Source of the DNA: an uncultured Verrucomicrobiota bacterium
GTDB taxonomy: Bacteria; Verrucomicrobiota; Verrucomicrobiia; Limisphaerales; J093
DNA: 64,000 bases
Assembly (NCBI GenBank): GCA_964466945.1
Contig: CAYXPA010000006.1
Location: 189 to 64,188 of the forward strand
Reading direction: 5' to 3'
Made by a program: the position numbers and the translations under genes. This document shows, in pieces, positions 26,700 to 38,449 of this stretch. Below the pieces are notes generated by a model. That model was not told where the DNA came from and did not search any database. It saw only the letters and a program-made list of their open reading frames with translations. Positions within the stretch are counted from its first letter, which is position 1. The number at the start of each line of letters is the position of its first letter.

Positions 26700-26999
26700 C
26701 GGGCCGACGGCGCGGCGCCGTCGGCGGCACGCGCGGGGCGCGTGCGCTCCCCGGAACAAGTCGCCGGCAAGTTGCTGCCGGCTCGCCGGCAGGCAGGCCG
26801 ACCACGGCCTGGCCGTTCCACCCAGAGGGAAAGCAGTGGCAGACGGCCGCTGGTGGACACCGTCGGGCGGCGAGCGTTGATTGGGCCGAAATGGGCTTGG
26901 TTGGCCGGGCGCCGCACGGCGGGTGCGGGCTGTGTATGGGGTCCTCCGCAGGGCGGGGTGAAAAATCGGGGACGAACCAAAATTTTTCGCAAATAGCAG

Positions 27000-27027
27000 T
27001 TGCAACGAAAACGGCGATTGGTAAGCT
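27000..27027 (+). promoter_or_regulatory. candidate promoter of the str/S10/spc/alpha supercluster
   Basis: TTGCAA-16 nt-TAAGCT, preceded by an A/T-rich stretch (AAAATTTTTCGCAAATAG), ~70 nt upstream of rpsL. Pattern only. Confidence 0.3.
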
Positions 27028-27097
27028 CTTCGCCTCTTTTCGCCCCCCGGCGGCGGCGGGCCTGAAAGCAAGCCGCCCGGGTGGCCTGATTTACGCG

Positions 27098-27514
<417 letters not shown>

Positions 27515-27527
27515 AGGATTTTCGCGT

Positions 27528-28001
27528 ATGTCTCGTCGCCGTCGCGCGGTCAAACGTCCGGTCAGTCCCGACCCCAAGTTCAACTCGACCTTGGTGTCGC
27601 GGCTGGTGAACATTGTGATGCGCCGGGGCAAGCGCAGCACCGCCCAGCGCATCGTGTACGGGGCCTTTGACGAAATCGCCGCCAAGAATCCCACGACCAA
27701 CCCGCTGGACATCCTCCAGCGGGCGGTGGACAACGCCAAGCCGCGCCTGGAGGTCAAGCCGCGCCGCGTGGGCGGCGCCACGTACCAGGTACCGCTCGAG
27801 GTGCCGGCCGACCGGCAGGTCTCGCTGGCCATGCGCTGGCTGGTGAGCTTCGCGGACGCCCGGAAGGGCACGCCAATGGTCAAGGCCCTGGCGGCCGAGA
27901 TTATGGACGCCTATCAGGGCCAGGGCAGCGCGATCCGCAAACGGGACGACGTCCACAAGATGGCCCAAGCCAACAAAGCCTTTGCACACTTCCGCTGGTA
28001 A
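27528..28001 (+). CDS. rpsG: 30S ribosomal protein S7
   Basis: Canonical uS7, at the expected str-operon position. Confidence 0.95.
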   Translation: MSRRRRAVKRPVSPDPKFNSTLVSRLVNIVMRRGKRSTAQRIVYGAFDEIAAKNPTTNPLDILQRAVDNAKPRLEVKPRRVGGATYQVPLEVPADRQVSLAMRWLVSFADARKGTPMVKALAAEIMDAYQGQGSAIRKRDDVHKMAQANKAFAHFRW

Positions 28002-28071
28002 CTGTACCGGGAACTGGCGCCCCGAGAGCCGCAATTCATCGGGGCGTTTTTGTTCCCCTGAACATGACACC

Positions 28072-30249
28072 ATGACCGCCGTGGCCACCCAGACCGCCGT
28101 CAATTCGCCGCACCGCAAGTACACCTTGCAGTGTACGCGGAACATTGGCATCGCGGCGCACATTGACGCCGGGAAAACCACGACCACCGAGCGCATCCTT
28201 TTCTACACCGGCCTCATTCACCGGATGGGGGACGTGGACGACGGCAACACCGTCACCGACTGGATGGAGCAGGAGCGCGAGCGGGGCATCACCATCACCT
28301 CCGCGGCCACCACTTGCTACTGGACCCCGAAGGCCGAGCCGGGCTGCGCCAAGCTCTTCGAGGGCGTGCCGCACCGGATCAACATCATTGACACCCCGGG
28401 CCACGTGGACTTCACCGCCGAGGTCGAGCGTTCTATGCGCGTGCTGGACGGCGCCGTGGCGGTGTTCTGCGGCGTGGCGGGCGTGCAGCCGCAGTCCGAA
28501 ACGGTCTGGCGCCAGGCCACCAAGTACCGCGTACCGCGCGTGGCCTTCGTCAACAAGATGGACCGCACCGGCGCCAACTTCGAGAACGCCGTGGCCGAGA
28601 TGCGCCAGAAGCTGGGCGCCTACGCCTACCCGGTGCAAATTCCCATCGGCCGTGAAGACCAGTTCCGGGGCGTCATTGACGTGGTGAACCTCCGGGCCGT
28701 CCTCTACGACCTCACCGACGACACCGGCATGCGGTACGAGGTCACTGACATCCCGCCCGAACTGGCGGAGGCGGCCCAAAAAGCGCGCGCCGAGCTGGTG
28801 GACGCCGTGGCCAACAAGGACGACGAAGTCGCCGCGCTGGTCATTGAAGACCAGCCCGTGGACGCGCTCACCCTCAAGCGCGCCATCCGCCGCCTGACCT
28901 GCCAGATCGAGCTGGTCCCGGTGCTCTGCGGCTCCGCCTTCAAGAAGCGGGGCGTCCAGCCCCTCATTGACGCGGTGGTGGACTACCTGCCCTCGCCCCT
29001 GGACATCCCGCCGCCCACCGGCGTCAACGCCGACAATCCGGAGGAAATCGTCGAGGTGCCGGTTAGCGACGACGCGAAGTTCTGCGCCTTGGCTTTCAAA
29101 CTCTGGTCCGACCCGTTCGTGGGCAAGCTGGTGTTCTTCCGCGTGTACAGCGGTCAGCTCAAGAAGGGTGAAATCATCTACAACCCCCGCACCCGTAAAC
29201 GCGAGCGCGTCAACCGCGTGATGATGATCCAGGCCGACAAGCGCCTGGACGTGGACGCGGTGTACGCGGGCGACATCGCCGCGCTGGTGGGCCTCAAAAA
29301 CATCACCACCGGCGACACCCTCTGCGCCGAGGATTATCCCATCCTCCTGGAGCCGCCGACCTTCCCCGAACCGGTCATCTCGATGGCCATCGAGCCCAAG
29401 ACCAAGGCCGACCGCGACAAGTTGGGTGAAAGCCTGGCCCGCCTGGCCGAGGAAGACCCCACCTTCCGCTGCTTCACCAACGAGGAGACCGGCCAGTTGA
29501 TCATCGCCGGCATGGGCGAACTGCATCTGGAGATCATCCGCGACCGCCTGCTGCGCGAGTTCAAGGTCGAGGCCAGTGCCGGCGCGCCGCAGATTGCCTA
29601 CCGCGAAACGGTCACCCGCCCGGCCGAGGGGGTGGGCAAATTCATCCGCCAATCCGGCGGCCGCGGCCAGTACGGCCACGCGGTCATCACGCTGGCGCCC
29701 AACGAGCGCGGCAAGGGCATCGAGATCGAGAACAAGATCGTGGGCGGCGTCATCCCCAAGGAGTACATCCCGGCGGTCATCGCCGGCCTCCAGGAAGCCA
29801 TCGCGGGCGGGGTGCTTGCCGGCTACCCGATGGTGGATTTGAAGATCGCAATCGTGGACGGCACCTACCACGAGGTGGACTCCAGCGAACTGGCCTTCAA
29901 AATGGCCGGCATCTTTGCGCTCAAGGATGCCGCCAAGAAGGCCAACCCCATCCTCCTGGAACCGATCATGAAGGTCGAGTGCACCACTCCGGAGGAATAC
30001 CAGGGCGACATCCTCGGCGACCTCAACCGCCGCCGGGGCAAGATCATCAGCATCGAAGCCAAGAACAACGCCACCAGCATCCACGCGCACGTCCCCCTGG
30101 CGGAAATGTTCGGCTACGCCACCGCCATCCGCTCCCTCTCCAAGGGGCGGGCGGCCTACTCGATGGAACCGCACTCCTTCGAGCCCGTGCCGGCCAACGT
30201 GGCCGCCACGATCTTGGACGCGGCCAAACCCAAGGCGGCCCGCACTTAA
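28072..30249 (+). CDS. fusA: elongation factor G
   Basis: [18 protein letters not shown]1 motif and full EF-G domains. ATG at 28072. Confidence 0.95.
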   Translation: MTAVATQTAVNSPHRKYTLQCTRNIGIAAHIDAGKTTTTERILFYTGLIHRMGDVDDGNTVTDWMEQERERGITITSAATTCYWTPKAEPGCAKLFEGVPHRINIIDTPGHVDFTAEVERSMRVLDGAVAVFCGVAGVQPQSETVWRQATKYRVPRVAFVNKMDRTGANFENAVAEMRQKLGAYAYPVQIPIGREDQFRGVIDVVNLRAVLYDLTDDTGMRYEVTDIPPELAEAAQKARAELVDAVANKDDEVAALVIEDQPVDALTLKRAIRRLTCQIELVPVLCGSAFKKRGVQPLIDAVVDYLPSPLDIPPPTGVNADNPEEIVEVPVSDDAKFCALAFKLWSDPFVGKLVFFRVYSGQLKKGEIIYNPRTRKRERVNRVMMIQADKRLDVDAVYAGDIAALVGLKNITTGDTLCAEDYPILLEPPTFPEPVISMAIEPKTKADRDKLGESLARLAEEDPTFRCFTNEETGQLIIAGMGELHLEIIRDRLLREFKVEASAGAPQIAYRETVTRPAEGVGKFIRQSGGRGQYGHAVITLAPNERGKGIEIENKIVGGVIPKEYIPAVIAGLQEAIAGGVLAGYPMVDLKIAIVDGTYHEVDSSELAFKMAGIFALKDAAKKANPILLEPIMKVECTTPEEYQGDILGDLNRRRGKIISIEAKNNATSIHAHVPLAEMFGYATAIRSLSKGRAAYSMEPHSFEPVPANVAATILDAAKPKAART

Positions 30250-30271
30250 ACCTCGACAACCCGTTCTTTGT

Positions 30272-30580
30272 ATGGCAGGACAACGCATTCGCATTCGCCT
30301 CAAGGCGTACGACCACCGGGTGATTGACCAGTCGGTGCGTGAAATCGTGGACACGGTCAAACGCACCGGGGCCATGGTGGCGGGGCCCATCCCGCTGCCC
30401 ACGCGGATCGAGCGGGTCACCGTGCATCGCTCGCCGCACGTGGACAAAAAGTCCATGGAAACCTTCGAGCAGCGCACGCACAAGCGCCTGCTCGACATCC
30501 TGGAGCCCACGGCCAAAACGGTGGACGAGCTCAAAAAGCTCAACCTGCCGGCGGGCGTGGACATCACCATCAAGATTTAG
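30272..30580 (+). CDS. rpsJ: 30S ribosomal protein S10
   Basis: [16 protein letters not shown] is a canonical uS10. It starts 22 nt after the fusA stop. Confidence 0.95.
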   Translation: MAGQRIRIRLKAYDHRVIDQSVREIVDTVKRTGAMVAGPIPLPTRIERVTVHRSPHVDKKSMETFEQRTHKRLLDILEPTAKTVDELKKLNLPAGVDITIKI

Positions 30581-30589
30581 GCAACGGCT

Positions 30590-31378
30590 ATGATCGGCTT
30601 GATCGGCAAAAAGCTCGGCCACACCCGCGTGTACGACGCGGACGGCAACGTGGTGCCCGTCACCGTCGTGCAGGCCGGCCCCAATCGCGTCCTCCAGGTC
30701 AAAACCCGCGAGGGCAAGGACGGCTACAACGCCGTGCAACTGGGTTTCGGTGCGCAGAAGGACTCGCGTCTGACCAAGCCCCTGCTGGGCCATCTGGTCC
30801 GGTGCGGTCTCGAGGTCAAACGGCCCGACCCCAAAACCCCGGTCAAGCTCGAGGGAGTCGCCCGCATCCGCGAATTCCGCGACTTCTCTCTCCCGGTCAA
30901 GCCCGGCGACCTGATTGGTCCGGAAATCTTCGTGCCGGGGGATTACGTGGACGCCATCGGCATCACCAAAGGCCGCGGCTTCGAGGGCGTGGTCAAGCGG
31001 CACCACTTCCGCGGCGGCGACAGCACCCACGGCTCGAAGGGCTGGCATCGCCGGCCCGGGGCCATTGGCCAGCGCCTGTTCCCGGGCACGGTCCGCCGGG
31101 GCATGCGCATGCCCGGGCACATGGGCCAGGTCCGGCGCACGGTCCAAAACCTCGAAGTGGTGCAGGTGCTGCCCGAGGATCACTTGCTCCTGATCCGAGG
31201 CGCCATCCCCGGAGCGGAAGGCGATTACGTCATTATCCGCGAATCCAAGAAAATTCCCAAGGCGCGGGCCGAGCAGATGCGCAAGCACAAAGCCGAGTTG
31301 AAGGCCAAACTCGAGGCGGACAAGGCCGCCGCCGCCCAGAAGGCCGCTGCCGCCAAGGCCGCGCCCAAGAAAAAGTAA
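30590..31378 (+). CDS. rplC: 50S ribosomal protein L3
   Basis: Canonical uL3 core plus a Lys/Ala-rich C-terminal extension. Confidence 0.95.
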   Translation: MIGLIGKKLGHTRVYDADGNVVPVTVVQAGPNRVLQVKTREGKDGYNAVQLGFGAQKDSRLTKPLLGHLVRCGLEVKRPDPKTPVKLEGVARIREFRDFSLPVKPGDLIGPEIFVPGDYVDAIGITKGRGFEGVVKRHHFRGGDSTHGSKGWHRRPGAIGQRLFPGTVRRGMRMPGHMGQVRRTVQNLEVVQVLPEDHLLLIRGAIPGAEGDYVIIRESKKIPKARAEQMRKHKAELKAKLEADKAAAAQKAAAAKAAPKKK

Positions 31379-31393
31379 ACGACCGCCCGCCCC

Positions 31394-32020
31394 ATGAAAC
31401 TGCCCCTCAAAGACCAGCACGGCCAGGTGGCCGGGGAAATCGAACTGGGCATCCCGCTCCTCGAAGAAGGCCGGGGCACACAGGCCGTTCACGAGGTGGT
31501 CGTGGCCCATCTGGCCGCCCGCCGTCGCGGCACCGCGTGCACCAAGACCAAAGGCGAGGTGGCCGGCACCGGCAAAAAACCTTGGCGCCAGAAGGGCACC
31601 GGCCGGGCCCGGGCCGGCTCCTTCCAGTCGCCGCTCTGGCGCGGCGGCGGGGTGGTCTTCGGGCCCAAGCCGCGGGATTACTCGAAGAAGGTCAACCACA
31701 AGGTCAAGCGGCTTGCCCTCCACGCGGCCCTCAGCGCCCGGCTGCGCGCAGGCGACGTGTTGGTGGTTAACGACCTGACCCTGCCCGCGCCCAAGACCCG
31801 CGAATTCGTCAAGGTCCTTCGCGAGCTGGACCTGACGGACAAAACCGTCCTTGTTTGCGCCGACCCGGACCCCGTCCTCGATCGGGCCTCGCGCAACGTG
31901 CCCGACGTGGACCTGACCACCGGCGAGCAACTGCACACCTACCAGGTGCTGCGTTACGACAAGCTGGTGTTCACCCGGCCGGCCCTGGCGAAGGTCGAAC
32001 AACGCCTCAAGCAGTCATGA
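31394..32020 (+). CDS. rplD: 50S ribosomal protein L4
   Basis: Canonical uL4. Confidence 0.95.
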   Translation: MKLPLKDQHGQVAGEIELGIPLLEEGRGTQAVHEVVVAHLAARRRGTACTKTKGEVAGTGKKPWRQKGTGRARAGSFQSPLWRGGGVVFGPKPRDYSKKVNHKVKRLALHAALSARLRAGDVLVVNDLTLPAPKTREFVKVLRELDLTDKTVLVCADPDPVLDRASRNVPDVDLTTGEQLHTYQVLRYDKLVFTRPALAKVEQRLKQS

Positions 32021-32298
32021 ACCCCTTTGACATCATCAAGACCGCCCGCCTCACCGAGAAGGGCACCATTCAGTCCGAGAAGCACAACCAGTACACCCTG
32101 GTGGCGGACCGGCGGGCCACCAAGCCCCAGATCAAGCGCGCCGTGGAGGAGCTCTTCAAGGTGAAGGTCGTCGCCGTCAACACCATGCACGTGCATGGCA
32201 AGAAGCGCCGCCAGCGCACCCATCAGGCCGGCCGCTCGCCGGACTGGAAGAAGGCCGTTGTCACCCTCAAAGAGGGCGACAAAATCGTCCTCACCTGA
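32017..32298 (+). CDS. rplW: 50S ribosomal protein L23
   Basis: [15 protein letters not shown]... The ATG overlaps the rplD stop (ATGA). Confidence 0.95.
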   Translation: MNPFDIIKTARLTEKGTIQSEKHNQYTLVADRRATKPQIKRAVEELFKVKVVAVNTMHVHGKKRRQRTHQAGRSPDWKKAVVTLKEGDKIVLT

Positions 32299-32309
32299 AC
32301 AGGATCGTT

Positions 32310-33164
32310 ATGCCCGTCAAGACTTACCGCCCGCTGACGCCCTCGACCCGGTACATCACCCGGTCGGACTACAGCGACATCACCAAGACCCGGCCCGAGA
32401 AAAAGCTGGTCGTCACCCGCAAGAAGACCGGCGGCCGCAACTGCTACGGGCGCGTCACCGCCCGCGGCATCGGCGGCGGCCACAAGCAGAAAATCCGGCT
32501 GGTGGATTTCAAGCGCAACCGCCATGGCGACGAGGCCAAGGTCATTGCCATCGAGTACGACCCCTGCCGCAGCGCCCGGCTGGCGCTGGTCGAATACCCG
32601 GACGGCGAGAAGCGTTACATCCTCGCGCCGCTCGGACTGCAGGTCGGCGCCAAGATCATGAGCGGTCCCAACGCCCCCGCCGAGGTGGGCAATGCTTTGC
32701 CTCTGAAATCCATTCCCGTGGGCTTGCAGATTCACAACATCGAGATGATCCCCGGCCGGGGCGGCCAGTTGGTGCGCAGCGCCGGCGGCGCCGCCACGCT
32801 CATGTCCCGTGACGCGGGCTACGCGCTCATCCGCCTGCCCTCGGGCGAAATCCGCAAGATTCACGAGAACTGCTACGCCACGATTGGCCAAGTGGGCAAC
32901 CTGGACTGGGAAAACATCGTCCTGGGCAAGGCCGGGCGCTCGCGGCACCTGGGCATCCGCCCCATCACCCGCGGCGTGGCCCGCAACCCGGTGGACCACC
33001 CCAACGGCGGCGGCGCGGGCAAGTCCAAGTCCGGCGGCGGCTGGCAGCAATTGACCTCGCCCTGGGGCCTCCTGGCCAAGGGCTACAAGACCCGCGACAA
33101 GAAGAAACTCTCCAACCGGTTCATCGTCGTGCGTCGCGACGGCCGGCCCATGAAACGCAAGTAA
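32310..33164 (+). CDS. rplB: 50S ribosomal protein L2
   Basis: Canonical uL2. Confidence 0.95.
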   Translation: MPVKTYRPLTPSTRYITRSDYSDITKTRPEKKLVVTRKKTGGRNCYGRVTARGIGGGHKQKIRLVDFKRNRHGDEAKVIAIEYDPCRSARLALVEYPDGEKRYILAPLGLQVGAKIMSGPNAPAEVGNALPLKSIPVGLQIHNIEMIPGRGGQLVRSAGGAATLMSRDAGYALIRLPSGEIRKIHENCYATIGQVGNLDWENIVLGKAGRSRHLGIRPITRGVARNPVDHPNGGGAGKSKSGGGWQQLTSPWGLLAKGYKTRDKKKLSNRFIVVRRDGRPMKRK

Positions 33165-33167
33165 GCT

Positions 33168-33449
33168 ATGGGACGTTCCCTCAAGAAGGGTCCCTTCGTG
33201 GACCACCACCTCCTGGCCAAAGTGCTCAAGGCCCGGGAAACCCGGTCCAAGGCGCCCATCAAGACCTGGTCGCGCCGCTCGGTCATTACCCCGGACTTCG
33301 TGGGGTTGACCTTCAACGTGCACAACGGGAAAATGTTCCTCCCCGTGTTCGTGACCGAGAACATGGTGGGCCACCGGCTGGGCGAGTTTGCGCCCACGCG
33401 CACCTTCAAGAAACACGGGGCGCACACCGCCAAGGCCGAAGCCAAGTAA
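33168..33449 (+). CDS. rpsS: 30S ribosomal protein S19
   Basis: Canonical uS19. Confidence 0.95.
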   Translation: MGRSLKKGPFVDHHLLAKVLKARETRSKAPIKTWSRRSVITPDFVGLTFNVHNGKMFLPVFVTENMVGHRLGEFAPTRTFKKHGAHTAKAEAK

Positions 33450-33455
33450 CCGCCT

Positions 33456-33788
33456 ATGGAAGTCCGTGCCATCACGCGAAACGTGCCGATGTCCGCGCAA
33501 AAAGTGCGGGAGGTCGTGCGGCAAATCCAGGGGCTGCCCGCCGAGCACGCCCTGGCGGTGCTCGCAATGGTGCCGCGCAAATCCGCCCGGCTGGTCCACA
33601 AGACCCTGCGCTCGGCCATTGCCAACGCCGAGAACAACTGCAATCTCAAAGCGGAAAACCTCCGGGTAAAGGAAGCCGTGGCCGGCACGGCCACCACCCT
33701 CAAGCGTTTTACCCCCAAGGCGCGCGGTTCCGCCGGCCCTATTCGCAAACGCCGCGCCCACATCCGCATCGTCCTCTCCGACCAGTAA
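33456..33788 (+). CDS. rplV: 50S ribosomal protein L22
   Basis: Canonical uL22. Confidence 0.95.
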   Translation: MEVRAITRNVPMSAQKVREVVRQIQGLPAEHALAVLAMVPRKSARLVHKTLRSAIANAENNCNLKAENLRVKEAVAGTATTLKRFTPKARGSAGPIRKRRAHIRIVLSDQ

Positions 33789-33792
33789 GCCT

Positions 33793-34569
33793 ATGGGTCA
33801 AAAGACAAATCCGATCGGCCTGCGCACCGCCGTCAACAAGGACTGGCTGTCCAAGTGGTTTGCCCCCAAACGCGAGTTCGGCAAACTGCTGGCCGAAGAC
33901 CAGGAAATCCGCCGGCGCCTGAAGAAAAAGCTCGAGTCGGCCGCCGTCCCGCGCATCCAGATCGAGCGCGCCGCCAACCGCTGTCGCATCACCATCTTCA
34001 CCGCCCGTCCGGGGGTCGTCATCGGCCGCAAGGGCGCCGAGATTGACAAGATCAAGGAGGAACTAAGCCGCTTGACCGGCAAGGAAATCTACGTGGACAT
34101 CCAGGAGGTCAAGACGCCCGAGATCGAGGCCCAACTGGTCGCCGAGAACGTGGCCCTGCAACTGGAGCGCCGCATCAGCTTCCGCCGGGCCATGAAAAAA
34201 GCCGTCCAAACCGCCATGGACTTCGGTGCCGAGGGCATCAAAATCCGCTGCGCCGGCCGCTTGGGCGGCGCGGAACTGGCGCGCGTCGAAACCTACCACG
34301 AGGGCCGCGTGCCGCTGCACACCCTGCGCGCCAATATTGACTACGGCTTCGCCGAAGCCCGCACCCTCTACGGCACCCTCGGGGTCAAGTGCTGGATTTG
34401 CAAGGGCGAGGGCAAACCGGACAAGACCGCCCGCAAGCCCGGCGCGGCCACGCCCGCCGCCACGCCCGCCCCGACCGCGCCACCGCCCGTGACCCCGGTC
34501 GCGGCGACGGCCCCGGCGGTTCCGGTAACTCCGGCCCCGGCCGCGCCCGCTCTGAACCCTCAACCCTGA
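33793..34569 (+). CDS. rpsC: 30S ribosomal protein S3
   Basis: Canonical uS3 with a Pro/Ala/Thr-rich C-terminal tail. Confidence 0.95.
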   Translation: MGQKTNPIGLRTAVNKDWLSKWFAPKREFGKLLAEDQEIRRRLKKKLESAAVPRIQIERAANRCRITIFTARPGVVIGRKGAEIDKIKEELSRLTGKEIYVDIQEVKTPEIEAQLVAENVALQLERRISFRRAMKKAVQTAMDFGAEGIKIRCAGRLGGAELARVETYHEGRVPLHTLRANIDYGFAEARTLYGTLGVKCWICKGEGKPDKTARKPGAATPAATPAPTAPPPVTPVAATAPAVPVTPAPAAPALNPQP

Positions 34570-34587
34570 CCAGGAGGACACGACGCC

Positions 34588-35007
34588 ATGGCCCTGATGC
34601 CCGCCCGGGTTAAGTACCGCAAACAACAACGCGGCAGTCGCGCCGGCATGGCCAGCCGCGGCAACACCATCGCCTTTGGCGATTACGCCCTGCAGGCCCT
34701 GGGCCGCTGCTGGCTGGACAGTCGCCAGATCGAGGCCGCGCGCATCGCCATCAGCCGCCACCTCAAGCGCCGCGGCAAGCTCTGGATTCGCGTCTTCCCC
34801 GACAAGCCGTTCACCAAAAAACCCCTCGAGGTCCGCATGGGCACCGGCAAGGGCGGGGTCGAGGGCTGGGTGGCGGTCATCCGACCGACCAACGTGCTGT
34901 TCGAGATTGCCGGCGTGCCCGTCGAACTGGCGCGCGAGTCCCTCCGCCTGGCGGCGACCAAACTGCCCATTCAAACCAAGTTCATCACCCGCCAGCACGG
35001 AGCGTGA
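34588..35007 (+). CDS. rplP: 50S ribosomal protein L16
   Basis: Canonical uL16, with an AGGAGG Shine-Dalgarno upstream. Confidence 0.95.
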   Translation: MALMPARVKYRKQQRGSRAGMASRGNTIAFGDYALQALGRCWLDSRQIEAARIAISRHLKRRGKLWIRVFPDKPFTKKPLEVRMGTGKGGVEGWVAVIRPTNVLFEIAGVPVELARESLRLAATKLPIQTKFITRQHGA

Positions 35008-35020
35008 GGCACTCTGAGCC

Positions 35021-35272
35021 ATGAAAACTTCCGAGTTTAAAAAGAGCCTCAAGGACAAGACCCTGGTGGAGCTGCTGGCCCTGAGCCGGGACCTGCGCCA
35101 GGAGCTGTTCAACCTGCGCCTGCAAAAGGCCTCCAGTCAGTTGGAAAAACCGGCCCGCCTGCGCACCCTGCGCAAGGACATCGCCCGGGTCGAAACCGCC
35201 AGCACCGCCCTGCGACGCCAGACCCAAAACGCGGCCCGCACCCCGGCGGCCACCGCCCCGGCCACCGCCTGA
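35021..35272 (+). CDS. rpmC: 50S ribosomal protein L29
   Basis: Canonical uL29 core plus an Ala/Thr-rich tail. Confidence 0.9.
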   Translation: MKTSEFKKSLKDKTLVELLALSRDLRQELFNLRLQKASSQLEKPARLRTLRKDIARVETASTALRRQTQNAARTPAATAPATA

Positions 35273-35283
35273 CCTTGCTGCCT

Positions 35284-35589
35284 ATGCCCGAGACGACTCC
35301 CCGACCGAACCGACGCAAGGAACGCATCGGCGAAGTGCTGCCGAGCAAAATGACCAAGACCATCGTGGTCCGGGTCGAGCGGCGTTTCCGCCATCCGCGT
35401 TACCGCAAGGTGGTCACCCGCTACAAAAAGTTTTACGCCCATGACGAACGCAACGAGGCGCGTCCCGGCGACCGGGTGCTCATTCAGGAAACCCGCCCGC
35501 TCTCGCACCTCAAGCGCTGGCGGTTGGTGCAAATCCTGAATCGGGCCGCCACCCTCCAGACGCCGGAACCCGCCCCGAGCCAGGCCTGA
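35284..35589 (+). CDS. rpsQ: 30S ribosomal protein S17
   Basis: Canonical uS17 core. I prefer the ATG at 35284; the ORF-track start at 35275 is TTG. Confidence 0.9.
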   Translation: MPETTPRPNRRKERIGEVLPSKMTKTIVVRVERRFRHPRYRKVVTRYKKFYAHDERNEARPGDRVLIQETRPLSHLKRWRLVQILNRAATLQTPEPAPSQA

Positions 35590-35593
35590 TCCT

Positions 35594-35959
35594 ATGCTGC
35601 AAGTCCGCTCCATTCTCGACGTGGCCGACAACACCGGCGCCAAGCGCGCGGCGGCCATCGGTGTGCTGGGCCGCAACCAGCGCTACGCCCGCGTGGGCGA
35701 CGTGATCAAGGCCCACATCAAGGAAGCCTCCCCCGACGGCAGCGTGAAAAAAGGCGAGGTCGTCAACGCCGTGGTGGTCCGCACCCGCCAGCCCATTCAC
35801 CGCTCGGACGGCTCGTACCTGCGCTTTGACAGCAACGCCATCGTGATCATTGACAAGGACCTCAACCCGCGCGGCACGCGCATCTTCGGGCCGGTGGCGC
35901 GCGAGCTGCGGGACAAGAAGTTCATGAAGATCATCTCGCTGGCGCCGGAGGTCATCTGA
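35594..35959 (+). CDS. rplN: 50S ribosomal protein L14
   Basis: Canonical uL14. Confidence 0.95.
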   Translation: MLQVRSILDVADNTGAKRAAAIGVLGRNQRYARVGDVIKAHIKEASPDGSVKKGEVVNAVVVRTRQPIHRSDGSYLRFDSNAIVIIDKDLNPRGTRIFGPVARELRDKKFMKIISLAPEVI

Positions 35960-35961
35960 CC

Positions 35962-36258
35962 ATGCACAAGCCCCTCCAGAAAAAGTTCCACGTCAAAAAG
36001 GGCGACGAGGTCGTCGTCATCAGCGGCGCCGAAAAGGGCAAGCGGGGCCGCATCATCGCCGTCCTGCGTAAAAAGCAGCGGGTCATCGTCGAGGGCGTCA
36101 AAATGATCAAGCGCCACCAGCGCAAGAGCCCGCAGTACCCACAGGGCGGTATCATCGAGCGCGAGGGTTCCATCCACATTTCCAACGTCATGCTGGCGTC
36201 GCGGTACGACGCCCGCGCGGCCAAGCGGGCCGCCCGGGCCGCCGCGCCGGCCGCCTGA
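35962..36258 (+). CDS. rplX: 50S ribosomal protein L24
   Basis: Canonical uL24 (KOW motif). Confidence 0.95.
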   Translation: MHKPLQKKFHVKKGDEVVVISGAEKGKRGRIIAVLRKKQRVIVEGVKMIKRHQRKSPQYPQGGIIEREGSIHISNVMLASRYDARAAKRAARAAAPAA

Positions 36259-36265
36259 GTCCGTC

Positions 36266-36811
36266 ATGAACAAACCCCGTTTGCAGCTCCATTACGAATC
36301 GGTGGTCCGCCCGGCCCTGATGGAAAAGCATCAGTACCGCAACCCCCATCAGGTGCCCCGCCTGGAAAAAATCGTGGTCCACATGGGCGTGAGCGCCTCG
36401 CTCGAAAAGACCGCCGTCGAGGACGCCGCGCGCGACCTGGCGGCCATCACCGGGCGCAAGCCCGTGGTGGACCGCGCGCGCAAGAGCGTGGCCAACTTCA
36501 AACTGCGCCGCGGCCAGCCCATCGGCTGCCACGTCACCCTGCGCCGGGAGGTCATGTACGAGTTTCTGGACCGGCTCGTGGCCACGGCCCTGCCGCGCAT
36601 CCGCGACTTCCGCGGCCTCTCGCCGCGGCGGTTTGACGGCCGGGGCAACTACTCTCTGGGCCTCGAAGACCAGACCATCTTCCCCGAGATTGACCTGGAC
36701 AAGATCAAGCGCCACCAGGGCATGGACGTGACCATTGTCACCACCGCGTCCACCGATGCCGAGGCGCGCGATTTGCTCAAACTGATGGGATTCCCGTTTG
36801 CCGAGAAATAG
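36266..36811 (+). CDS. rplE: 50S ribosomal protein L5
   Basis: Canonical uL5. Confidence 0.95.
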   Translation: MNKPRLQLHYESVVRPALMEKHQYRNPHQVPRLEKIVVHMGVSASLEKTAVEDAARDLAAITGRKPVVDRARKSVANFKLRRGQPIGCHVTLRREVMYEFLDRLVATALPRIRDFRGLSPRRFDGRGNYSLGLEDQTIFPEIDLDKIKRHQGMDVTIVTTASTDAEARDLLKLMGFPFAEK

Positions 36812-36813
36812 CC

Positions 36814-37083
36814 ATGTCCAAAGCCTCCTGGATTCAACGCGCCCAGCGCAAACGCGCCACCGTGGCCAAGTACGCCGCCAAGCGGGCGGAACTCAAGGCC
36901 CGCAAAGACTACGCCGGCCTCGCCAAGCTCCCGCGCGACGCCAGTCCCGTGCGGCTGGTCAACCGCTGCAAGATCACCGGCCGGCGCCGCGCCTACCTGC
37001 GCAAGTACGGCGTCTCGCGCCTGACCTTCCGGGAATTGGCCCTCGCCGGCAAAATTCCGGGCGTCATCAAAGCCAGTTGGTAG
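36814..37083 (+). CDS. rpsN: 30S ribosomal protein S14 (long form, no Cys cluster)
   Basis: 89 aa ending in KASW, with no CxxC pairs. Confidence 0.9.
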   Translation: MSKASWIQRAQRKRATVAKYAAKRAELKARKDYAGLAKLPRDASPVRLVNRCKITGRRRAYLRKYGVSRLTFRELALAGKIPGVIKASW

Positions 37084-37087
37084 CCCT

Positions 37088-37474
37088 ATGACCGATCCCA
37101 TCGCCGATTTCCTCACCCGCATCCGCAACGCCAGCAAGGCGCTCCTGCCCGCGGTGGAAGTCCCCTACTCCCGCCTCAAGGAGGGCATCGCCCGCATCCT
37201 GGTCCGCGAAGGCTACGCCGCCGGGTGCGACGTCGTAGGCGACAAGCTCAAGACCCTCAAACTGCGGCTCAAGTACAAGGGCCGCAAAGGCGTCATCTCC
37301 GGCATTCGGCGGTTCAGCCGCCCCGGCCTTCGCCAATACGCGGGCGTCGAGGGGTTGCCGCGCGTGCTGGGCGGCCTGGGCGTGGCCATTGTCACCACGC
37401 CCCAGGGGGTGATGACCGACGCCGAGGCCCGCCGCAAAAACGTGGGCGGCGAAGTGATCTGTTTCATCTGGTAA
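37088..37474 (+). CDS. rpsH: 30S ribosomal protein S8
   Basis: Canonical uS8. Confidence 0.95.
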   Translation: MTDPIADFLTRIRNASKALLPAVEVPYSRLKEGIARILVREGYAAGCDVVGDKLKTLKLRLKYKGRKGVISGIRRFSRPGLRQYAGVEGLPRVLGGLGVAIVTTPQGVMTDAEARRKNVGGEVICFIW

Positions 37475-37486
37475 ATCCGCACCACC

Positions 37487-38023
37487 ATGTCGCGCATAGG
37501 CCGTCAACCCATCCCGATTCCCCCGCAGGTCAAGGTCCACATCCAAGGGACGCAGGTTTCCATTGAAGGTCCCAAGGGCCGGCTCCAACTGGCCCTGCCC
37601 GGCCGCACCCGGGCCAGCGTGGAAAACGGCCAGATCGTCGTGAGCCGCGACGGCGACGACGCCGACGCCCGCGCCCGCCACGGCCTGAGCCGCGCCCTTT
37701 TGAACAACATGGTCAAGGGTGTGACCCAGGGCTACGTCAAGAAACTCGAAATCCAGGGCGTCGGCTTCAAGGCGGCCGTGCAAGGCCAGACGGTCACCAT
37801 GAACCTGGGCTTTTCCCATCCGATCACCTACCCGCTTCCCCCCCAGGTCAAGGTGACGGTGGAAGAAAACACCAAGCTCACCGTCGAGGGGCCGGACAAG
37901 CAGGTGGTCGGGCAGGTGGCCGCGGACCTGCGCGCCTTCTACCCGCCCGAACCCTACAAGGGCAAGGGCGTGCGTTACGCGGGCGAGCGCATCATCCGCA
38001 AGGAAGGCAAGACCGTGCAGTAA
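37487..38023 (+). CDS. rplF: 50S ribosomal protein L6
   Basis: Canonical uL6. Confidence 0.95.
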   Translation: MSRIGRQPIPIPPQVKVHIQGTQVSIEGPKGRLQLALPGRTRASVENGQIVVSRDGDDADARARHGLSRALLNNMVKGVTQGYVKKLEIQGVGFKAAVQGQTVTMNLGFSHPITYPLPPQVKVTVEENTKLTVEGPDKQVVGQVAADLRAFYPPEPYKGKGVRYAGERIIRKEGKTVQ

Positions 38024-38060
38024 GCCGGGCGCGCCCGACCGGGTTTCCACACTTTGCGAC

Positions 38061-38426
38061 ATGAAGATTGAGAAGAAACAACGCCTGGCCCAACGCCGCC
38101 GCTGGCGCATTCGCAAGAAGATCGTCGGCACGGCCCAACGCCCGCGCATGAGCGTGCGTTTCACCGGGCAGCACATCTACGTGCAGTTTGTGGATGACGA
38201 GGCCGGACGCACGCTGGCCAGCACCTCGACCCGGAGCAAAACCCTGTCCGAGCGGGGCCGCTTGAAGGCCAATATCCCCGGCGCCGTGCGCCTGGGAGCC
38301 GTCGCGGCCGAACTGGCCCGGGCGGCCGGCATCACCGAGGTCGTCTTCGACCGCAGCGGCGCTCGTTACCACGGCAAGGTCAAGGCCCTGGCGGATGCCG
38401 CCCGGGCCGGCGGACTCAAGTTCTAA
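38061..38426 (+). CDS. rplR: 50S ribosomal protein L18
   Basis: Canonical uL18. Confidence 0.95.
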   Translation: MKIEKKQRLAQRRRWRIRKKIVGTAQRPRMSVRFTGQHIYVQFVDDEAGRTLASTSTRSKTLSERGRLKANIPGAVRLGAVAAELARAAGITEVVFDRSGARYHGKVKALADAARAGGLKF

Positions 38427-38449
38427 CCAATCAACCAGGAGCATTCATC

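Larger units (their letters stand above)
25735..26830. repeat. mosaic palindromic repeat locus 3 (two tandem ~0.5-kb mosaics, reverse orientation)
   Basis: Starts at the nucleotide after the TPR gene stop. Anchor motifs repeat at 25793/26375, 25901/26413 and 26028/26567. Confidence 0.9.

Noticed and set aside
25735-26830. A possible CRISPR array, given the dense direct repeats.
   Set aside because: The repeats are 7-bp microsatellites and ~0.5-kb mosaics. They are not 25-40-bp repeats separated by unique spacers of similar size. No cas genes are in the window.
25751-26880. A peptide apparently conserved across the repeat copies (MPDAGYR...[44 protein letters not shown]), preceded by a GGAG-N5-ATG in the polypyrimidine module.
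   Set aside because: The conservation is at the nucleotide level in a palindromic element of fixed length, so the frame is preserved trivially. Many of the substitutions fall in hairpin loops rather than at third codon positions. The start lies in a slippage-prone 7-bp microsatellite. The ORFs run on into unrelated modules. I cannot fully exclude translation without ribosome profiling.
30250-30271. A missing tuf gene between fusA and rpsJ as a possible deletion or pseudogene.
   Set aside because: The gap is only 22 nt with no remnant. tuf is presumably encoded elsewhere, as in many genomes, so this is an arrangement rather than a lesion.
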